Source of the DNA: Podarcis gaigeae
Lineage: Eukaryota
Length of the DNA stretch: 64,000 nucleotides
Direction: 5' to 3' (one strand)
Assembly: GCA_964106915.2 (NCBI GenBank)
Contig: OZ066924.1
The notes below the pieces were generated by a model, which searched no databases, was not told the DNA's origin, and saw only the letters and a list, made by a program, of their open reading frames with translations. The translations under genes were made by a program, and so were the position numbers. Numbering within the stretch: the first letter of the stretch is position 1; the number at the start of each line of letters is the position of its first letter. Positions 11,270 through 24,104 of the stretch are shown in pieces.

Positions 11270-11422
11270 CAGGACCTCCAACATTTCTCCAGAGAGAATA
11301 GGGATGTCCTACCATACCCTCCAACACTTCTCTGATGAAAATAGGAAAGTCCTAAGGAAAAGTGGGATGGCTTCTGTCAATCCGGCACTGTCCCTGGGAT
11401 ATTGGGACACTTGGAGGGTCTG
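11270..11422. mobile_element. CATACCCTCCAA/CAGACCCTCCAA-TIR MITE, partial
   Basis: Tandem cataccctccaacatttctc...gaaaataggga units and the terminus ggacacttggagggtctg, preceded by a short L2 fragment. Confidence 0.7.
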
Positions 11423-12477
11423 CCTTTAATATCTCGACCTAGGAGCAAGAGATATGTCCTTTTTTCAGCAGGCTGATGTTCTCCAAGACCCTGACTATTT
11501 ATGATCCTGTTGCATGTGGGAGGGGAGGGATTTGTGCCCCAGGTGTGTTTCAGTTCATTAGAGTTTATGTTTTGTTCAAATGTTTTATGTTGTTCTGATG
11601 GGGCTAGCTCTTCATCCCTGCCATCAAGATGCAGACATCTGGTTGCTGAACTTTAATGGCAACACTTGTTACGTTATCTTGTTGAAGGATCAGGTCTGGC
11701 TCTTTCATAAAGGCAAGATACTGCACACCCTGCACTTTTCCAGTGCGTTGCTATTGAAAAATCGGCTTGTGCAACATCCTGCTTTGTAAATTGGTGCTTA
11801 CTACACCAAATCAGTGCCAGCCTCTACACAGCAGTCTCTATACTGCAATATGCATTTGTAAAATTTGCATTTGTGTGTGCCAGCTGTGTTTGCCATTGCC
11901 GTGAATAACGGGGCCTTGGAATGCATGCAGCTTTCAAAACTGACCCATGGGAAAGTGTGCAAGAAAAGCGCACAATGAACAAAATACTGAAATCTCCAGT
12001 AAATGCAGAATACATGGCAATAATGTGCAACATTTTAGGCACAACACATACATTATTTTGTAGTGTTATTGCAACTGCAGAGTTCTGTACAAAATTGCCT
12101 AGATAGGTGCCTTTGTGACAAGCATATATTTGTATACTTCACTCTTCCATTTGCTGTGTCCCCCTTTGAGCTCCGTATAGCATAAAATATGCTCTGATTG
12201 CATTGTCTCGCAGACAATGAGCTTTCTTTTGTACTTAATATTGCATTTAACTTGAGCGCTCCCAGTAACACTCATAAAGGGAGAAGCAGAGAGAGACGGG
12301 TTCACTCTGATTCTCAGTGTGTGAGAGCTGGCAGTTTTTCTGGTGCAGTGGGTCCCTAAACTTCCCTACGTCCCATGGACCACTTGAAAATTGCTGAGGG
12401 TCCTGGCAAACCACTTAATGGTTTTTCTACCTCTTGTAGCAATAGTGATATACACACTGTGCTAGATGTGGTGCTGT

Positions 12478-12830
12478 GGGGATGAGGGTGGCGCTGTGGT
12501 CTAAACCACAGAGCCTAGGGCTTGCCGATCAGAAGGTCGGTGGTTCAAACCCCTGCCATGAGGTGAGCTCCCATTGCTTGGTCGCAGCTCCTGCCAACCT
12601 AGCAGTTCAAAAGCACGTCAAAGTCAAGTAGATAAATAGGTACCGCTCCAGCGGGAACGTAAACAGCATTTCCGTGCGCTGCTGTAGTTCGCCAGAAGTG
12701 GCTTAGTCATGCTGGCCACATGACCTGGGAGCTGTACGCTGGCTCCCTCAGCCAGTAAAGCAAGATGAGCGCCGCAACCCCAGAGTCGTCTGCGACTGGA
12801 CCTAACGGTCAGGGGTCCCTTTACCTCTAC
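12478..12830 (+). mobile_element. Sauria SINE with 38-bp flanking duplication
   Basis: Typical head and tail; duplication at 12431-12468 and 12830-12867. Confidence 0.9.
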
Positions 12831-13783
12831 TCTTGTAGCAATAGTGATGTACACACTGTGCTAGATGCTGTGTGGTTTTACTTCTATGTTGATGGCTTCC
12901 TTTGTTTCTTATAGATTGTGTTTTATTGTATTATAATCTGAATTGAATTCAAATTGTACGCGCTCTTTACAGATGCAAGGCAAGCCACCTGAATGAAGCT
13001 CGTGGAATTTGCTCAGTGGTCCATAGGCCACTTTTTTTTATCACTTTTCCAAAGGAATTGTTTTTTTATGATAAATGTGCAGTCATTCATTTGTTTTGGG
13101 GGATCGAGATATATTCCCCTCAGGTAGAATTTCTGTGGCTGGGATGCAGGTATGATGATGTTCCATACTTATCTGAAGGTTTTAAAAATGATAAAACGCA
13201 AATCGCAACCATTCGAAATTTACACAACACAAATAGACAACATGCCATTATGTGTGCAGACGAGGAAATAAGCGATTTATTTTCAGCCAACCAGAATGTA
13301 ACAAACATCTGTAAAAGCTTTTCTAAATAAAAGGACATTGCATTTTACTCACACTCGAACTACCGTAATTGGGGAAATGCAGTTTTTTAGTAAAAAGGCT
13401 CAACCTTTTTTTGTATTTATAGAAAAAAATCTTCATATACTACAAAATGGAAGATATGCTCCTTTAAACAAGGCTTTCCACAACAAAAGGAACTGACCTC
13501 TGAAATGATTCATAACACTTACCGTTTCCACCCTGGAACTGTCCTTTCCACTCTTCAGGAAGCTCCCCACAGCCATTTGGAAATGTGCCATGAGCTGCTT
13601 CCCAGTGCTATATAATTAAGGTTTTTGCAGGTTTTTTTCAGATCCTATTTATTTTATTTATGGTGGGTTGGATCAAGAGACTCTATGTGTAGAATTCTGC
13701 TCACAGCACACAGAGGAGATTTTTCTTATTGCTCCTCCCCCTGCAACTCCATGTATCCCCTCAAAATGCTCTGTAGGTTGGAT

Positions 13784-13784
<1 letters not shown>

Positions 13785-13837
<53 letters not shown>

Positions 13838-14230
13838 TACTTATACTCTGCCCATCTGGCTGGGTCTCCTAGCCACTCTAGGCAGCTCCCAACAGAATAT
13901 TAAAAACATGATAAAACATCAAACATTAAAAACTTCCTGATACAGGGTTGCCTTCAGATGTCTTCTAAAAGTCAGATAGTTGTTTATTTCCTTGACATCT
14001 CATGGGAGGGCGTTCCACAGGGTGGGCACCACTACTGAGAAGGCACTCTGCCTGGTTCCCTGTAACCTCACTTCTTGCAGTGAGGGAACCGCCAGAAGGC
14101 CCTCAGAGCTGGACCTCAGTGTCTGGGTTGAACGATGGAAGTGGAGATGCTCCTTCAGGTATACTGGGCCGAGGCCGTTTAGGGCTTTAAAGGTCAGCAC
14201 CAACACTTTGAATTGTGCTGGGAAACGTAC
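13785..14230 (-). mobile_element. L2-clade LINE, 3' fragment with (ATT)n tail
   Basis: ORF LVLTFKALNGLGPVYLKEHL...AFSVVVPTLWNALP (ORF2 C-terminus); homologous to 30134-30866. Confidence 0.88.
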
Positions 14231-14424
14231 CCCCTTATATCACAAAGAATTAATAAAATCTATCAAACAACAGACACAACTTTGTATATTAGATATCTCT
14301 TACACTCAAGAACAAAGTAAAGACCCGAGTAGATTGATGCATGTATTGGATCCCTGGTATCTTACCAGTTGGCTGGGGCTGGCATGGGTTGTAGTCCAAA
14401 ACCATCCAGAGGGAGCCACATGAG

Positions 14425-14624
14425 TAGGGTTGCCATACGTCTGCAATTTCCAGGACTTGTCTGGGATTCCAATGATGGAATTAGTGTCGGGGGAGGGGGG
14501 GATTTGGGGAAAGTGGCAAAGTGTCTGGGTTTTTGAAACTTTCCCAAAGCTCAACAACTATCTTTGGCCGATTTCCCAACTTCTTTGTGTCCAGATTTTT
14601 ACTTCTTGAAATATGGCAACCCTA
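14425..14624. mobile_element. hAT MITE with TAGGGTTGCCATA TIRs
   Basis: Perfect 13-bp TIR; degenerate 8-bp TSD CACATGAG/CACATTGG. Confidence 0.85.
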
Positions 14625-16105
14625 CACATTGGGAGAGCAATCTCTCACCTCTCCAAGCAGTATGTGGAGCCGTATCTCACAACTATCACTTGCAGCACTA
14701 TTGTGCAAAAGATAAAACCCAATTGAGTGTGCACAGATTAATCACCCTGAAAAGTCCTCGCCCATACAAGGTAGAACCTGGTTTTCTGGATGTTGTGCTT
14801 GTAAGCTTCAGGCAGACCCAATCAATTTGCCCTTTGCTGAACAACCCCTATATAAGAAGGGAGGGAAACGCTGCAGTGACAACACAATGGTTTCAGCGGA
14901 GCCATCCCCTCTTCTCTCATGCGTTGGGTAGACAAGGCCGCTTTTCCACTGGGGGCAAGGAGTGGGAGAATCGATACTGTACTCACACTAATGTTTGCTT
15001 GCATGAAATATTGACCACAGTCACGCTGCCGGTTTTACATGAAGAATTAAAAGCAATTTCAATTGTTTGAAAGGTTCTAATTGTTCTCTCTCCCTCCTCC
15101 CTCCCGGAAAGAATAATAACAGGACAAACTGAAATCTGGGCTCTCCGGTTATTTTATAACTGGCACTAACAAATCTCACCAATTACAGAGTCTATTCTAT
15201 AAGCAATGAAAGTGTGGCTCCCAATTAATCTCGTGTACCTCCAGGCAAGGTCTAAATCAGCTGGATACAGCTAAAGCAATTTGCACCCAGCTAAAAGCAA
15301 ATTGGAAAATAAGTGTTCCCTGCTCCCACCTATCTTCCCAAGCCAAATGCACAATCAGTATTCTGGCGCAGGCCCTTGGTCATGTTATTTGCAGCTATCA
15401 ATTTTAATTATAACAATTATTGATTAGTTGGGAAAGTGAATAATCTAATGTTCCAATGAACTCCAGGGAGGCTCCCAGGGTCGCTTTTCTTCCATCATGC
15501 AACGCAAGTCCACTATTCTTTTTTCGTGTGCTGGGGAAAAAACAAAACAATCAGCCGGAGTCCATGCTTATACTCCCCAAGGCTGTGTTTTACAAAGCTG
15601 TAGTTAAGGCTTCACTTGTGTGAACTTTCCACCCAACCTGCATTTTAAAGCTTTCAAAGCTCCCGCTGTAACAACACGTTGAGAACTGAATGACAGCAAA
15701 GCGCGGCTAAGTCCAGAAACTGAAGCCAGCGTTACAGGGGAGATTGTCAAAGGCATAAATGGAAATTAGGCAGCCAATTCCTACTGACATACAAGATTGC
15801 TCACCTCTGTGCCATTTCTGCCTCTCAGAAGGCGCTCTCCAGTCATCTCCAGTAATTCCCCCGCTGTCATCTTCCAGGACTTAAATGAGCGGCCTGCTCA
15901 TAGAGGTGCTGAGCAGCAAGGACTCCCAGAAAATAAATCAGGATATATCATGTCAACTCCTGCCAGATACGGCTGTGTGTGTGTGTTGGTGGGAATTGCA
16001 AGTCATTGATGAAGGTTTGTGTTATTGTTTTGCTGATCCTTTCCTCCCCAAATACCAGCCGTGCTCATTAGATTTATTGCTGTTCCATAATAAAAACACG
16101 GATTA

Positions 16106-16513
16106 CATAACCTCCGGTATTTCTGTGTTGAAAATAGGGATGTCCTATTCCAGAATAATAATAATATAATAATTTTATTCTTGATACCCAGCCCATCTGA
16201 CTGAGTTGCCCCAGCCACTCTGGGTGGCTTCCAACATATATAAAAACATAATAAAACTTTAAACATTTTTTTAAAAAACTTGCCTATACAGAGCTGCCTT
16301 CAGATGTCTTCTAAAGGTGGTACAATTATTTATCTCCTTGGCTTGGGGTTCGCAGGACTCCATACCCTCCAACATTTCTCCATTGAAAATAGGGACATCC
16401 TACCATACCCTCCAACCTTTCTCTGGTGAAAATAGGGATGTCCTAAGGAAAAGCGGGACGGCTTCTGTAAATCTGGAACTGTCCCTGGAAAATAGGGACA
16501 CTTGGAGGGTCTG
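16106..16513. mobile_element. Composite hAT-like MITE carrying an L2 3' fragment
   Basis: Termini CATAACCTCC...GGAGGGTCTG, 6-bp flanks GGATTA/GGATCA, internal L2 tail at about 16153-16340. Confidence 0.8.
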
Positions 16514-17081
16514 GGATCAGATCAGGATCAATTCAGACAAAGGTTTCCATTGGCAGCCAGCACTGGAAGCCCGGAGCTTTGTGAGATGTGCATCAGTGCA
16601 TTAAAAAATGGTTCAGTTTTAGATTGCCCAGGGAACCCGGATTACCAAGTAATAATACAGCAAAATAACTAGATCTATTTTATACATCTTTAGGACCATG
16701 TCTGCTGCTTCTGGTACTAGTGGTGATGTCCTTCTTATGTGAAAGGACTTACTCTGGCTGCTCTGGGTAACCTAGGGCCTTCACCCGTGCTGATAACGTC
16801 ATAGGTTTGATTCCTGTACGGAACAGCTGTATATTCCTGATGCGGGTTGGACCACAGGGTCCCTCCCAAGTCTACGATTCTATGGTTCCCACTTGCCTAT
16901 TTGTTTAGATCTTCAGAGAATGTCCTATTTATTATGTCATGGCCTGCAGAGGCTCCTTTTTTGTCAAACTGGAGGAGGGCCTTTTCCATGGTATCCTCCA
17001 CACGGATCGATCCACCAACATTCAGCTGGCACCTACTGTGAGGAACTCCCACCATCTCTGATATCATTCTTGGTTACCGTA

Positions 17082-17253
17082 CAGTGGAACCTCGGTTTTC
17101 GAACGCGCCTCAGAAGCCGGAAGGCTTCCGCTGTGTGTTTTTCAATTTTCTCAATGGAAATTGCTGACAGACCTTTGCGCCTCGGTTGTCAAACGTTTCG
17201 GAAGTCGAACGGTCTTCCAGAACGGATTGCATTCCACAACCAAGGTTCCACTG
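17082..17253. mobile_element. Tc1/mariner MITE
   Basis: TA|CAGTGGAACCTCGGTT...AACCAAGGTTCCACTG|TA. Confidence 0.85.
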
Positions 17254-17873
17254 TAATTGTCATAGGTGGTGTTTATCATATTGTTTTAAACGTACAGTCA
17301 ATTGTTTTTTAATTCTTCTTTCATACTGAATTATTTTCTTGTACATCACCTTGATATTATTTTAAATTAATATAAATATTTTAAATAAATAAATAAGTGG
17401 TTTTATTCCTTTTATTCCTCGGTATCTATTCCTTGATAATAATAATCATCGTAATAATGCCCAGGTACATTTAAATGAGAACTAATCAAATGGCCTCTTT
17501 CCCCCCCAACCTTCTTCTTTTTTTTAAAGTGTCTTTAACTCTGAGTCTCTTTAATTAATCAATTAAAGCTTTAGTTGATTAATCTGCCAAATGAACTAAT
17601 TAGAGCATGAAGCTCTAAAGATAATACAGTATAATTAGTATATGTGACAAAACGCAATTTTAGATTTGATGCACTGCATCTCAAGCTATCTGGGATGTGT
17701 TATCAGAGAAGGAAAGTCATTTCCTTCCAGAATATCATTTCAAAGATAGTTCCAGTTATTTAGCTCTCTCTGCTGATTAAGATTCAGGACGGTTCAGCTT
17801 TTTTTTTAAAAATAATAATAATAATAATCTGCTTTTGAAATTATAAGAGAATATGTACTTGAATTAGGAAACA

Positions 17874-18075
17874 AGCCATAGCTCAGTGGCAGAGAACATG
17901 ATTTGCATGCAAAACATTCCAGGTTTAATCCAAAACATCTCTAGAGAGGGTTGGGAAAGACCTTGTCTGAAACCTTAGACAGCTGAGCCATGGTGCCTGT
18001 CAGTTAGACAATGCTGAACCTGACTTGTAAGGTGGTCTATGGATCTGACTGGGTAAAAACCAATTTTCTATCTTC
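17874..18075 (+). mobile_element. Squam3-like tRNA-derived SINE (old)
   Basis: gccatagctcagtggcagag...tgcatgcaaaa...ccaggtttaatcc head and gacaatgctgaacc body. Confidence 0.7.
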
Positions 18076-18214
18076 TCATTTTTCGACGCAGTTGAAAACC
18101 TTCAAGAGAGCTATGCTTCTAGCCTCTGACCTGTTACATGAGAAACATAAAAGGAGAGTAATTGCACATCAAATTCCAGAAACTATCTGTACACAATACA
18201 TGATAAATTGTTTG

Positions 18215-18810
18215 TTAAAGTTATATCCTGCCTTTCCACCAAATGGTGCTCAAGGTGGCAATAAAAGAAAAATAACAAAGCAGAAAAACCGGAAGGCAAA
18301 ATTTCAGTAAAACCGATAAGAACAACAACTGATTGACCAAACTGCAACATTTTCAGTGGCCATAATTGTCAGCATATGAAACGAAAGGCCTGTCTGAATG
18401 AAAAACTTCTTTGCCTGTTGGTGGAATGTATTCAGAGGAGGAGTTAGCTAGGTCTTGGTTGACAGGGAGTTCCAGAGCCTGGGAGCAGCCACCAAGAAGG
18501 CCCTGTTTTGAGTTCCCAAGAAAGAAAAACTTCATCTGAGGGTCTTAAAACCCAAGTGGGCTTGTAGACTATGGACTTTCTGGTAACTCTGCCTCAAGTT
18601 ATGTAGAGCAATTTGACTTTTACCCAGAACAAACCGGTAGCCTGTGAAGCTGCTGTAATAGGGGAGTCGCACAATCCCTTTAGCCATTCCTGGTCAATAG
18701 TCTGACTGGTACTGTCAGCTGGATGAAGTTTCCAAACCATCTGCAAAGGCCATCTCATGTAGAGCATATTACAGCAGCCTAGATGAGAGAGAACTAAGGC
18801 CTGTGACCCT
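18215..18810 (-). mobile_element. Old L2 LINE fragment
   Basis: gggagttccagagcctgggagcagccaccaagaaggccct motif and degenerate ALVLSHLGCCNMLY translation. Confidence 0.65.
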
Positions 18811-19478
18811 GAGGAGAGATCTGACCTGAGTGTGCTGGAGTTCCCTGCTACACTGCCACACATACTCTCAACAGCAAAAAATAATTTGCAACAGTATAAA
18901 GCTGGACTATGTGACAAGAAGATGCTGGTTTCTGATGTGAGGAGTACTTTGGGACTCACAGTTCGTGGCATGAGTGTCCCACTTCTGTGGCACAGCCTGA
19001 GGAGAAGAGAAGAGGTGTTCGTAGGTTTCCATAGGTGTCTGGATGGTCACTGTGAGGACAGGAGTCTGGTTTAGATGAGCCTATGGTTTCTTATGACCTT
19101 TTGTGGTCTGGAAGCAGTTCCTCCAAGGCCACTGGTAAATAACATTGGAGAAATGTCTTGTGATGTTTAGCATTGCTTTCACAAAACAGGAAGTGGGTCT
19201 GCAGATCCAACTGCCCTTCCACCAAGGTGATGAGCAACCTAGGTTTCTCTGGGCTTCATGGAGGCCAGGAAGGATTTTTAGAGATGCCTTTTTTCTAATT
19301 AGGTATTTTGGCCTTCTCTAAGGTGTACGCCCAGTTTTCAGTTATTTGGGATATTGGTCTAATATTACTGTTCCTTTGCAGGAGACCCAGAATCAAGTGG
19401 GAGGTGTCCTTTCATTGATGAAGGAGAAGGGGCTTCTGAAATATGAGTTTAATGAGGGGTAGGAAGGACTTCTGAAAG

Positions 19479-19896
19479 TAATAATAATAATAATTTATTA
19501 TTTATACCCCGCCCATCTGGCTGGGCTTCCCCAGCCACTCTTGGCGGCTACCAACAGAATATTAAAACATCAAAAATTAAAAAATTCCCTAAACAAATGT
19601 CTTCTAAAAGTCAGATAGTTGTTTATTTCCTTGACATCTGATGGGAGGGCGTTCCACAGGTGGGTGCCACTACCGAGAAGGCCCTCTGCCTGGTTCTCTG
19701 TAGCTTCACTTCTCACAGGGAGGGAACCACCAGAAGGCCCTTGGAGCTGGACCTCAGTGTCCAGGCTGAACGATGGGGGTGGAGATGCTCCTTCAGGTCT
19801 ACTGGGTTGAGGCTGTTTAGGACTTTAGAGGTCAGCACCAGCACTTTGAATTGTGCTTGGAAACGTACTGGGAGTCAATGTAGATCTTTCAGGACC
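19479..19896 (-). mobile_element. L2 LINE 3' fragment
   Basis: Homologous to 13785-14230 and 30134-30866. Confidence 0.87.
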
Positions 19897-22800
19897 ATGT
19901 TCTGCAGCGTTCTTTTAGCACAAAAGGTGGGTTGGACTTCTCACAGTAGTACTGAGCAGCTTCTGGATGGTGAGCACTCTATGGCAGGAGTAGCCAACGT
20001 GATGACATTCAGGCATTCTTGGATTCCCAACTCTGATCAATCTCAACCAGCATAGCCAATGATCAGGGATGATGGGAGTCATGCTCCAATAACATCTGGA
20101 GGGCATTATGTTGGCTACCTCACTCTGCTGGCAGACAATGCCTTAGGACTGAGCTGGGATGCTGGGGGTGGGGGTGGGAAGGCTAGTACAGTGGGACAGT
20201 CAGGCTGATTCCTCTGAGTCTGGAATTAGGACTCCCTCCCATCCCATTCCTAGTTCCCTAACAGTTGCGATGCCTGAGAGTTAAATAAAGTTGTGGCCTG
20301 TTTCAATTCAAGTTACGACGTCTGCCTCTCATTTACCATCTGCAAGCAATATAATGTGACAAGGCAAGCTCAGCATAAATATGTACCTGATTTTCGTCAG
20401 AAATATGTCGACCCTCTTTTAATCAACCACACTCAGAACGGTGTTTAGGAGCACTGATAATAGGGGGTGTTCAAGGGAACACCCGCCCATCCACTCAATA
20501 AACATGTGAAAAGAATGTGAGAATGCAATTGCTGGCTGCATCCCTCCATGCCAATGTGGAAACACATTGGATCTTGGTGAGAAAGGGGCTTCACGCAAGT
20601 ACAGTGGTATGTGCGTAGGGCTCGTCCACCCCACTGGACACCCAGACCCTCCAAGTGTCCCTGTTTTCCAAGGACAGTCCCGGTTTCTGAAGACACCTCG
20701 AGCTGTCCAGATGTTCTACAACCCCCTGTTGGCCGGGGGCTGATGAAACCAGAGTGCGAGAAAATCTGGAGGACCACAGCATCTGGAGGGCTCATCCCTG
20801 CTGCAAGTCTTTCTGCCTTGCTGGAATTGGTAACTATGTTTGAAGCAGGATTTACAGTCGGTGCTCCAAATCTGCAGTGCCAACAAGTCAGTGAAAAGCA
20901 AGTAAAAAGAAACAGAGAAAAGGGGAATCTATGGATTAAAACCGCCACCATTCCTAAAAGAAACGAGAAATAAACATTGCTGTAAACCCTCTTCTCGTTG
21001 AAGTGAGATGGAACGCTCTTAAAAGCATGAGAAAATCCCCATTAAAATTTAGTGGGCTATCAAGGAGGCCAGAACACACACGATTTGGTTTCTTAAGCCT
21101 TCAAGAGGTAGCCTGCTTTAAAATCAAGCCCACTTAGACTCTGTTTGCTCTCTAACACTTTAGTTGCCAAGATTCTTTGCTGTGAAGATTTCGCTGGGAG
21201 CACAAAAGGTGCTTCTGTGAATGCCAGCCCCTTGGACTGTCATTGGACAGCGGGGAAACACAGTCTTCTTGAGTCACATACTTCAGACCTGAGTCACAAC
21301 GCAGTCACCAGGGGTTCGGAAATATTGTACAATGCAGCACTGAACCCTGGTGCACAGCTGACCTGCTTTAATTCAAAGGAAGAATGGTCACATTAGCATG
21401 TGAGCAAAGGAAGTCAAAATGATCTCATTCAAAGAGTCCCCTTCCATGGCCGCAAAGGCCTTTACAAAACAGCACGTCTTTCTCTCGGCCTCACAGGGTT
21501 GTCTGCTTAATTTTCTTCACTCTTAACCCTGGATCAAAGTGGGAGACAAAGCGAAGACTTGGAATCCTTTTCTTCCTATCTGGGCCGCAACAACAGAAGA
21601 GTTGTATAATGAAAAGTGTTTTCATGTCAACAGAATGTTCTGAAAGTATGAACTGAGAAGGGGTATTGTGATCAAGCTGAGATTCATGGAAAACATAGAT
21701 ACAGTTGCTGCTTTGATTTGTTTTTGATTCTTACATAACAGCACTGACATTGTTTGAAATGTAATTCCACTTTGTCCTTGCAAAAATAAGGGTTCTTAAC
21801 AATGAAATTCAAAGATCTTTGAGTTGGAATTTTGATGCACCTGAGACCTGCAGGGCCCAATATACACTGACCCTGCGTGGCATTTTTTTCTCTGGGTTCT
21901 TCCACATTCACAGAAAGGCAACAATCCAACATGGATTTAAATGAGCTTCTTCCATGTCAATCACTGGAGTGGTTTGTGGCCCTGCTGTATATACATTATT
22001 AGTTCCATTGCTGTGAAACCCAATCACCCCAGTGTAACCCAAGACAACGAGAATCAGGAAGCATGATTTCCCGAGTTAAATCAGCAATCAGAGCTACATG
22101 TGCAATTCCTGACAATGGGCCACTACCCCAAAACACATGCATGGAGTGCTCAACGAAAGGTTAGTTTGTCAGCTGTGACAGCACCAGTTATCTGGTGCTG
22201 GTATGATGACAGGGCTGACAAGGGGTTGTAGTCAATGAGGTCCTCCCATTCACAGAAGCTCTTTTATATGATCCAGCAGAAGCTCCATGAATGGAAGAGG
22301 GAGGGATGTGATGTTTGCAAATCCCCCTTTTGTCCTGTAGCCCTTCAAGCCACCTCCTGTGCTCTTCTGGAGGGTCTCACACTGCAAAGTGGGGAGAGAA
22401 AGGCAAAAAGGAAAAATCACTTTCCTTGTCCTGTATGCAGAAGCTGGATCAAAGAGACATCCATGAATGGAAGTATAGCATTGGTTATCAACAGGAACAT
22501 AGTTTTCTGCTGCTCAGAAGAATCTCTGAACTGAGTCTATTTTTTCTTTTTTTTGGGGGGGGGGAGCATTTGAGTAAATACCTGCAAAAGACATTGAGAC
22601 AGTGGAACGATTTGTGTGCAAGTCGTATTTCTCTGTTAAGAAGCAAAGCCCACTTTAGCCTCCCTCTTTCTTTCATGAAAGGTGTTTTCGCCGATGGCTT
22701 AGCAAACTGCATTTCAGAACCACTGACCTATTTTGAATTAATTCCTCATGACTCCAAAAATGCACTATTCATAGCACCATAGTCATTGTTCCTATGCCAC

Positions 22801-23145
22801 ACAGATTTCGTTTTCAGATGAACGCAATTTAAACTCCCATTCATTGTGAAGATCAATTTCACTAATCTTCCGCACTAATAAAAAAAGGTGCCTTTTGTAA
22901 AACCAGCTTTTGTCAGAACCAGTGTCAAAGGCTTCTCTGCTTGTTAAGAAGTGGGGAAACGTACTATGCTAAAAACATGACACCTTCTAGATCTCGATCG
23001 CTGGAAGTTCATGTTGATTGGCACAATCTACTATATCAATGTCTCTGGTTATTCGCCAGATTCTGAAACATGGAACATATTAATGTAAATCAGTTTTTTA
23101 AACAGCTTTGTTTTTATTTAACAGACCATTTCCCCTAAGGAACGG

Positions 23146-23283
23146 CAGACCCTCCAAGTGACCCTATTTTCCAGGGGCAGTCCTGGATTTACAGAAGCTG
23201 TCTTGGTTTCTGACTTGATCCTGGAATGTCCTGCTTTTCCTTAGGATGTCCCTATTTTCATCAGAGAAATGTTGGAGGGTATG
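23146..23283. mobile_element. Minimal CAGACCCTCCAA/TTGGAGGGTATG MITE
   Basis: 12-bp TIR with one mismatch; 6-bp flanks GAACGG/GAAGGG. Confidence 0.85.
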
Positions 23284-23405
23284 GAAGGGAGCTTTCCATA
23301 AGCAAAACATCCATTGGGTTGTATTCAACTAATGTTTCAATGAACATTGAAATTAATGTTCATGACTAAATTAGGGTTATTAATTTCGGTGGGCCTACTC
23401 TAAGT

Positions 23406-24104
23406 AGGGCAGCAGCTGAAGAAGGTGCAAAAAAGGGTTTTCTTGTGTGTGTTACTTGTGGCTGATTAGCTGCTCTCCCTGTGCAAAGGTCAGAGGGGGC
23501 AGAGTTTCTGTTGAGGTAGGGGATTAGCTGTGGGAGGAGCTTATCAGAGCTTTCAGGGCAGCAGCTGAAGAAGGTGCAAAAAAGGGTTTTCTTGTGTGGA
23601 GTATTGTGTCCAGTTCTGGGCACCACAGTTCAAGAAGGAAACTGACAAACTGGAACGTGTCCAGAGGAGGGCAACCAAAATGGTCAAAGGCCTGGAAACG
23701 ATGCCTTATGAGGAACGGCTAAGGGAGCTGGGCATGTTTAGCCTGGAGAAGAGGAGGTTAAGGGGTGATATGATAGCCATGTTGAAATATATAAAAGGAT
23801 GTCACATAGAGGAGGGAGAAAGGTTGTTTTCTGCTGCTCCAGAGAAGCGGACATGGAGCAATGGATCCAAACTACAAGAAAGAAGATTCCACCTAAACAT
23901 TAGGAAGAACTTCCTCACAGTAAGAGCTGTTCGACAGTGGAATTTGCTGCCAAGGAGTGTGGTGGAGTCTCCTTCTTTGGAGGTCTTTAAGCAGAGGCTT
24001 GACAACCATATGTCAGGAGTGCTCTGATGGTGTTTCCTGCTTGGCAGGGGGTTGGACTCGATGGCCCTTGTGGTCTCTTCCAACTCTATGATTCTATGAT
24101 TCTA
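23406..24104 (+). mobile_element. CR1 LINE 3' end (23597-24104) fused to a 149-bp-period repeat
   Basis: Open [36 protein letters not shown]...[13 protein letters not shown] and an (ATTCTATG)n tail. Upstream 44-bp direct repeat at 23406-23449 and 23555-23598. Confidence 0.9.
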
